From the NCBI GenBank assembly GCA_030248215.1, contig JASANG010000266.1, forward strand, positions 248,001 to 312,000: 64,000 nt of DNA, read 5' to 3'. Below the pieces are notes generated by a model. The model was not told the DNA's origin and did no database searches. It was given only the letters and a program-made list of their open reading frames with translations. The stretch comes from Enoplolaimus lenunculus (Eukaryota). Each line of letters begins with the position of its first letter. Position 1 is the stretch's first letter. The position numbers and the translations under genes were made by a program. Positions 56,266-64,000 of the stretch are shown in pieces.

Positions 56266-57303
56266 TGTATCATGCACTTTTGGTACGATATATATCGCAG
56301 TAGATGCCATTGCATATGACCAATATGGCTAGTTAAGGTTTGCAATCGATTCAGTGGCAAGTTACCACAACAAATGGATTTGCCAAAAATTGCTAATCTT
56401 TTTTCGTTTAATCCAGCATATTTGATAATTGACTTAATATGATTTGTTATCACTCGAATAGAAATGTCCTGTAAAATCTCAGTTGTAATAATACGTATTC
56501 AACGAAAATTGGAGCTGAACGAGAACTAGGTGGTCTTGAAATGGCCTACTTTAATTATATACTGCAGTTAAGTTATTTCGGTCACAAGATGTTATCACCC
56601 AGCTGCTGTTGTTGCTGTGACTAGCCACTATGAGGGTTGGAAACCGCTTGAAGCCTATGCCACCTATTCTTGGCAAATGCAAACCTTATGAAATCAAGAA
56701 AATGTATACACGCTCCGTTTAGCTACTCTTATCGGCAAATGTCCGGATTAATCTCCTTAATAGAGCTTCTAGTGTTTACCCCTGTGTCACTCAACGAGTA
56801 AAGTTATACTTTGGAATAATTTTTGAGTTTTGAATGCCGTTATAAACAAATTATTGTTTCAAATTCATAGATTATTGTTAGAATTACCAAACTTAACATA
56901 AATTTCAGTTAGCGCCAATTTCACTTTCGGGGGCGTAACTGTAGTATAAGCGTAGTCCTGTGTCTCAGCCTAAGCGTATGCAAAAAATTAGTCTACAGCT
57001 TATGCTTACTCTCAGAAATAGGCTCTACGGGACTATATAAATTGAGTCAAATTTTGACTCAACGTGCGACCCAGTGAGTCGAATTTGACTTGGGCGGAGT
57101 CAAATTTACCTCAGTTTGTGTAGTCCCGTAGAGCCGATTTCGGACACATTTTTTGCAGTGTGGAACAAGACCCTAAATTTGATTGCTAAGCGTCGAGTCG
57201 TCGCAGATTTGCAAACTGAAGTCCAAATAAGCTTGCTCATGCAGAAATGGTTTGCATTTTCAAATAAATTTAAATTTTAAATTCGGCAACAAATTTCAGT
57301 CGT

Positions 57304-60300
57304 TTATTCGTCGCATTCAAATTCGTTAAACTCATTTAACGTTGGTGGTTTTTCACATAAATCAAAAATCGTTTTGCTACACGACAGGCGATACTTGCGT
57401 AACTGTTCTTCAAGGCTCCAACTGAAACGTAAAAAATATCATGCATTAAAAAGTAGTTATCGAAGATTTTTCCATTAATCCTTGTTTACGTGAATATATT
57501 ACTATTTCATCCAAGGTCTAACTTTAAGCTCAGATTCAAACACTAGACTCGAGTGCGAGCTGTTTACAATGATAACTCGTCTCCAGGAGCTTGAGAAACT
57601 CTTGTGCTTTATGGTGATTTTGTACTGCACATACGTTTAATAATTCTTAAAACATTTAACAGCCTTTAACAAAGCTATTGTTGCTAATGCAACTACGTTT
57701 TGGCATTAATAGAATCCACAGCAGTATTGGATAATTTCTGATTATGATCAGCCCGTTTTGCAGATTGTTTGCCAAAATTATAGCTGAATGAACACCGCAG
57801 GAATATTAGGAAAACTCGGAACTTGATTTAAACGTGACAAGACTGTAATTGACTAGATTGAGTTCAAATATATTGCACAGTTTTATTTTGTTATTGCGAA
57901 TATGCTTATTTGTTTCGCAGGCTACGAGAACAGATTTAAAATTCATAAGAGAACAATTATCTTAATATTTACTTTTTGTTTCGTTTTGGCTTTGCCCTTT
58001 TTGTTGCATTTTTCGCAAGGGTGAAAATAAGTTCGATGTTGCCCTGAAAAAATATGTTTGTCCATAGCGGAAGTACCTTTTCCAAACGCACACAAACCGA
58101 ACTGTGAAACGCCTTGATATACGGTCAACACGTTTCATGCTTCCGGTTAATATAACACAACAAAAATATTCTGTTGACGCCGCCTCAACGTTCGCTACAA
58201 CTCTAATTTGTGGCCTGCATTGGAGGGCAGGGTCAACCAGAGTAGGATGTGGCAAGGATTTATACCAAACCCGCGTCTTACCCTCGCAAATAAGAATTTT
58301 AGATTTTTCACGCGCATGTATACATTTGCTGAAAAGACCTATCCACGACTCACCCTATACCCATGACTGAAGTTAAACCAGTAGTTTAAAGATTGGTGGT
58401 CATTGGCACTTTAATGATGTTTTGCGTTTTAGCTGTAAAATAAATTTTACACTTGAAATTTAATTAAAAATTTAAATTCAACTAAATTAAGCAACGGCAT
58501 GGCACTGCACAGACACTGTCCAGAAGTAACACACAATGGTTGGGTTTCCGAACCCTACTTAAGTACGACTTAGTACCTATGTACCGGCTGAGTAATTGCT
58601 TAACTATTTATTTTGCCGTTTTTAAAAGCGTACTTAAGTTAGGTAAATACTTAAGTCGCTGACTAAATTTGATATACTACTACAAATAAACCGCTCACGT
58701 ATACTAACGTTGGTATAATTGAAATTCTACATTCATGATGCCTCCTTAATATAAAGCAAAACTGCTAGTTTCTTGTTATGACAACGGTCGTTATTTGGCG
58801 CTTCTTAGGTTGTGTTGCTTCTTAGGTTGTGCTCAAAAATTTAACTATTTACTTAAGTCGGCGACTTAAGTAATTACTAAAGTATAACTTAAGTAAATAC
58901 TTAAGTAAGATTTCAAAAGCCCAACCAATATCAGAAAAATTTGGGCATTAGCTAGTTGCAAGTTTGCACAGTGGAAATAATAACTTACCAGCGCCTCAAC
59001 ATAAACGTCTTCGAGCAAACCACGGTACTCTTGAAAATTTTCAGCGCAAATAAAGTCCGGTTCGCCATCCTTATTTTGATCCAACGTTCCAAAATCGTTG
59101 AAGCAAATTTCTCTAAAAATACTGAACGCTTTCTGCCAAAACACAGGTTTTCACCCTAAGCTAAAATCAACTGATGCTTAAAAACTAAAACAGGGCATCG
59201 GATAGATTGCAAGATGGCAGAATTAGCACTGGGGCTGTCTTAGGATTTTTCACGAGGAGACCTATATGTTTGTGAAAGTTTCGTATGAATTTTTGATTTG
59301 TTCATCTTTGCTTCTAAAAATCTGATGTACATAAAACATTTTGGAGGAGCGGCCGTCTTCTTTGTGTCCGCCACAGAGAATAAAAGAAATACTGCAGTTT
59401 ATTTTTACTGTAGTGATCCAAATAAGAAGAGGATACTTGCAGTCTAGGCCATCCTTCTAGTTTGATCTTTTTTATGAACCCTAATTTAGATCTTATAAAC
59501 TCTATCCATTAACGTACTCTTATTAGGGATACAGACTCGGATTAAGTGTGACGCAAAATGGGGCCCTTTCTTAACACTTCAGGTCACTACAATTACTACG
59601 TTTTGGCCTGTATTAAAATGTGTGCTGTATATATTGCCAGATAGTAATACGTTTTCAAACAATCAAACTGCTACACAAATCGCAAAATCTAACAGTGTTG
59701 CAGAGCAAGCCAAACATAAACAATTCGCCCAATTACAAAATTCGCTATTCAATAGCACTAAAGTTACAAGACATCAGCGATTGGTAATTGGTGATAGGTG
59801 TAACACACATTTGCGACTTCTGGCTCTAAAACCATCGTTTAAACAACGTGGGTCAGTCACATGTTAAATTTCTAAATGTATACCTAAAATTCAATACATC
59901 AAACGTTTGTATACTTCATATAGGAGAACAATCCTGTGAAACTAACTAAATCGCAACGCCTTGTACTGTAAATATATAATATGATCAACGGTCTTACTTG
60001 CGCAATCGGTGAAATCCAGAAGTTTTCGGACACTCAACGATATCATGTCTAAACTCTGGATCTTCTTTTTGAACGTCGTAAGCTTGTTCGCAAAAGTTGC
60101 AATAATAACTGAAACAATATACTTGTTTATAAACGATGTGTAAATAGTTTGTTGACCTCTTTCATATTGTTTTATAGATAGTAAACTGAAAATTTTTTCG
60201 CTTAACCCTTTCTCACATGAATATTTTCGATTTCCCCTGAGACCTACTTTTATGCTAGTATTCGAACTCCAGTGACTGGAGTGGGAGGCGTATGCCATCA

Positions 60301-63300
60301 GCACTCAGCTATGGTGCTTGACGCTCGAGCCCGAGGTGGCTCTCACGTCTTGTGGTTATTTAGTACTATGTATACATGTTGCAATTGTTAAACACGGCGC
60401 GATATATACTATTTAACGTATATACACTGCACTGAGTTGCCTACATGCAACTCAATGTGAGAAGGGGATAAACTATCTTTCAACTGGGAGCGTTCTAGAA
60501 TTAAAAATTATTCTTTTCCGTGAACAAATAATACACTCGTGTTAAAAATCACACTAAAACTTAATAAAGGCACCAATGCATAATGGCCACTGATGGACAA
60601 ACTAAAATTCGAGTATATTTCAACTAAGTCGAATCGCGCAGGTACATAATATTATTTAAACAATTAGACCAAGGTTTGCTGCAGTGCAATTCTTCAGTTT
60701 CTCCAGCAGTGTTTTGCAGGGAAATCCTGTTTTTTTGACATATACTCTACGCTGGAAACGGCTCTTAAAAACATTGACTGTTCAAACGTTCTACGCTACA
60801 GCTCATAATCACCACACCTGACAGCGGTCAGACAAATATTAATGATTCGCACGGAGATTTAGGAGCTTTCCGAAAAAACTACACCAATTCGCGAATATTA
60901 ATTCTGCCATAGAATGTACTTATTCAGACAACGAACCCGTTTATTAATTTTGTGGCCTATGTTTGTTATAGGGGCCTACAATTGTGAAACACGGGGACGG
61001 GTTAGGTTTAGGTATAGGCTTAGGTACAGGGCTTGGTTTAAGCTTAAGCTTAGTAGACTGGTTTCTAATATGGCCCGATTTTGTGATAAAAAAATGTAAA
61101 ACAAAACAACCTACTCACCAATTGTTTCCAATTCCATTACAGCCGTTGACGTCTTGGTTGGTGCATTTGTACCCGTCAAGCAGATTTGTATTCAGGGATT
61201 CGCCTGGAATTTTCCATTCTACATGAGCAAATATCGACGGCCATTCACCTTGTTTCCATTTTCTTACATGCTTGTTGCTTGGTTCAATCCATACTTCTGC
61301 CTAAAATTTGAAATACATCAAATTAAACTTTAACAATGCACGCATTCTATTGTAGAAAAAATTATATTGTATCTTCGTACCAGGTCTTTGAATGCCCAGC
61401 AAATACAATCTCCACTATGTACCGGCAACATAGCTTTATTTCATTGTTGAGAAACTTTAACACTGCGGTGCCTCATCTTTACTCCTGGCCGCCATAAAAG
61501 GCGAAGGTGCGGAACATAGACCCTCTAGCAACTTAACAAAAAATAGTTCATTTTGGAGATTTCGACGCGGAGTCCAACGGTGCCATTTTTAGTGCTGCAG
61601 GGTGCCCGGTTCTATAGTTACGGCCTTTTAAATTTTAACTTTTTACCATTCAAAACATGTACAACTAAAAATCAAATTTGTGCAAGGAATAAACCTGGTT
61701 AAGCTTATATTTTACCAGTTAAAATCTGTTCGTGTTTGTATAATTTCGAGGGTCATAACTTCTGAACCGTTGGTCATGCAGCCATAAAAATGGTACCGTT
61801 AAATGTAGCTCGTCCAAGATTCCGTTCCTCCGCCCCATAAAGAACGCAGTAAATCTTATCATTTTTATAGCTTTGGAAAGTTCTCCGTATCTCTTCGCTG
61901 TTTTTTGTCCGAAATTTTTTTAAGATTTTGAAAGTTTTCGCAAATGGACCCTTCTCACGAATTCATCTAATTGCAGAACTGATAGGTGTTTACAAAATTT
62001 GATTTTGTTTACAAAATTTGATTTTCTTTACAAAATTTGATTTTTTTTACAAAATTTGATTTTGTTTACAAAATTTGACTTTTTCCAAATCTTAAAGTCA
62101 TTCCTTGCACCAAAAGGTTTCTGTCCAAATTTAAACTCGTGTATCATTTGGCACAGCATACGCCACAATGATTGTTTCAAAATTATGATATATCCAAATT
62201 GAAAATATTCACGTTTCAGTTAGTAGTTTTGAGTCTTACGAAAACAAAGAAAAGAAAATTATTGTGGGGTATTTTAGATGTGTAATTTTTCTGGAAGATG
62301 GTACGTTTTCAAAATAGTGACGTTCATTTTTATAAAATAGACTATTTCAGGTTTGCAAGCGTATATATACAGCCACGGGGGTAACATTGTGTTAATGGTT
62401 ATCTCGTAAACCACATCACAAATCCAACCATATATCGTTCATATTGCTTCCAAAGCTGGAAATTCATGTGGCGGTATAAGCCCCATCACTACCGCAGCAA
62501 CAAAGCATGATTGATCAACTTACTTTGGGCTCAACTCACAATGATTAGTTATATATTAATCAAGAAAACTACTTAGCAAATGGCAGGGCATATTATTACG
62601 TATGCAGTATGAGAATTGGAGGTGAACCAGAACTAGTTTGTTAGTTGCAACCAAACAGGTGCCAGCAGGCAGGAGTGAGTGCTCTCCCTACGCATTTTAA
62701 AACTTCGGCGGTTTTTGTTTCAAACGGTTAGGGTGGGGTCCTCTTTAAGGCTGGGACCCCCATTGGCTGTTCCGGCTCCTGGATGTGGTAATTAGCCACG
62801 GCGACAATTGCTGGCTTTGTTTACTTTGTTTGATGGCCATATTGGCTATATGGTTGAATTTATTTCACGGTTAGGAAACATGATTTATATAATAAACCTG
62901 AAACGTTCACTAAAATTTTTTACTTGTTTACTTCGATTAAATAACAGCCTGGAAATTTCAAAACTTTTGAAAGTGTTTTTGATTCGACGATTTCAATCTT
63001 TCGAACCTCAATCACATCATCAGACGCTTCATCTGAAAAGAAAATGTTAAACTTTAAAACCAAGTTTTGTAAGCCAATGTCTAAAAGGTTACAGTACCAG
63101 TCTCAATTGGCTAAAAAAATTGTAGCGTTTGTACAATGAAAGATTAAAACGACAGTTTATGTTTAGCTATTCATTTACGTTATTCTAATGGCGCTTATCG
63201 TGTCTTGTTTTCTTCGCAATCTATATATGAAAGCTGGAAAGCCTCACATACGTATTTTGAAAAACTTTCCAGCGTTACTTTGTTTACAATTATTTCTTAA

Positions 63301-63552
63301 GAAATACACGTGATTGTTCTATGGAAAAAAATTTGCAAAGAAATTTTTGTGCTTTCGCTAGCTTTTGCGCATTGTGCAAAGCTGGCAGACTAGTATAAAA
63401 CGCTAAAACTGCTTGTTGCTTTTAAGTTGTTATATGTTCTTGTTACCTGACTTAGTGACACAAAGAAATGCTTTCATCATAAAGCAATGTAAACAAAAGG
63501 TAATTTTAATAATAGAATGTACAATTCGTCGCCGATTCAGCTTGTTATTCAT
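57304..63552 (-). CDS. Cys-rich, probably secreted nematode-type protein (~289 aa), possibly ML/GM2-activator-like fold. Exons 63552-63447, 63032-62932, 61300-61248, 61217-61119, 60108-59998, 59112-58989, 58043-57973, [57783-57697], 57421-57304
   Basis: A phase-consistent GT-AG chain gives MNNKLNRRRIVHSIIKITFCLHCFMMKAFLCVTKSDEASDD...FPGCYLIE...YKCTNQDVNGCNGIGNNCYYCNFCE...CPKTSGFHRLRKEICFNDFGTLDQNKDGEPDF...GNIELIFTLAKNAT...LSCSKTIFDLCEKPP...CDE*. It has a hydrophobic N-terminus and a regular Cys pattern. The family assignment is from recall and unverified. Confidence 0.8.
58542..58922. mobile_element. MITE-like element with GGG...CCC ends and many ACTTAAGT palindromes
   Basis: TTGGGTTTCCGAA / TTCAAAAGCCCAA inverted ends; repeated TACTTAAGT motifs in both arms. 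Confidence 0.55.
59406..59595. mobile_element. Internally deleted CTGTAGTG MITE copy
   Basis: TACTGTAGTGATCC...TTCAGGTCACTACA termini; the internal CTCTTATTAG.GATAC.GACTC motif is shared with 13341 and 54765. Confidence 0.7.
60255..60510 (-). mobile_element. Dispersed repeat with a tRNA-derived (SINE-like) segment
   Basis: A-box-like TAGCTGAGTG (60311-60302) and B-box-like GAGTTCGAATAC (60269-60258); homologous to 43615-43835. Confidence 0.6.
61988..62085. repeat. 19-bp tandem repeat (TTTACAAAATTTGATTTTN) x5
   Basis: Direct inspection. Confidence 0.92.
63220..63393 (+). mobile_element. Complete non-autonomous mini-Helitron (174 bp) in intron 1 of the Cys-rich gene
   Basis: A|TCTATA 5' end, TTTGCGCATTGTGCAAA hairpin, CTAG|T 3' end. 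Confidence 0.85.
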
Positions 63553-63730
63553 AGTTTAGGTAAGTCTAAACGTTATTAGCATATTCCTAAGCCTAACTCA
63601 AAGCCTAATGCTAGACAACAAATTTATTCAATTAACAAAAGTTTAGATTGCAAGTCTACTGTTGATCGACGAGTTATTGGCGACTAATCGTTGCGATACC
63701 GCAACATTGGAATTGTGCTTTGAAAAGGGC

Positions 63731-63977
63731 TTATTCGGTGCAGTAATTAATGGAACTCCCTATGCGGTCGAAACTGCCGACAAATAAATACCATATATAC
63801 CAGATTCTTTTCAAATTAACGTCATACTCTAAATTCTTACTTTCCCATTGACAAAATTATATTGAGACCGGACGCATTATCAAACTATTAAGACAAAAAA
63901 TAGTAAAATAAAAGCACATATGAATACCAGCAAAGCAACAGCGGCACACATACCACATTTCCTTGACAATTTTGGTA
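63731..63977 (-). CDS. Candidate 3' exons (63977-63928, 63884-63841, 63773-63731) of a gene continuing beyond the window
   Basis: Short AT-rich GT-AG introns (43 and 67 nt), phase-consistent, giving PKLSRKCGMCAAVALLFDNASGLNIILSMGNFDRIGSSINYCTE*; AATAAA follows at 63628-63623. Confidence 0.45.
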
Positions 63978-64000
63978 CTAAATAAAACCGATCGAACAAT

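Noticed and set aside
57300..57965. Apparent plus-strand spliced gene or pseudogene
   Set aside because: The longer frames contain stops; the coding-like composition is explained by exons of the minus-strand Cys-rich gene.
63647..63787. Plus-strand open frame IASLLLIDELL...ADK*
   Set aside because: No convincing upstream plus-strand exons; it overlaps a better-supported minus-strand exon and 3' UTR.

Overview
AT-rich, intron-containing eukaryotic DNA, most likely a nematode: acceptors are TTTTCAG-type, degenerate TTAGGC telomere-type repeats are common, and the gene families are nematode-like. Splicing exons together by hand recovers genes that the ORF track shows only in fragments. (1) The 3' end of BAP31 (+, 127-785, ending DKKDD). 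(2) A ~1070-aa orphan protein (-, 11422-2942) with two diverged copies of an unrecognised domain flanking a 79-Q tract. (3) A 1064-aa class A GPCR (+, 42199-47869) with a very large ICL3 and C-tail. (4) A Golgi-type sulfotransferase-family gene (-, 51894-48528) with degenerate PAPS-binding motifs. (5) A ~289-aa Cys-rich, probably secreted protein (-, 63552-57304) that appears to need a 30-nt intron. (6) A possible 3' end of another gene just upstream of it in an operon-like arrangement. The interval ~13-42 kb is gene-poor. Introns and intergenic DNA are dense with short non-autonomous elements: hAT-type MITEs, TA-flanked palindromic MITEs, three complete mini-Helitrons, TTAGGC-bearing elements and tRNA-like remnants, plus minisatellites. 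There is no autonomous transposase, CRISPR array, rRNA or convincing intact tRNA. All gene models are manual predictions without transcript or database support.
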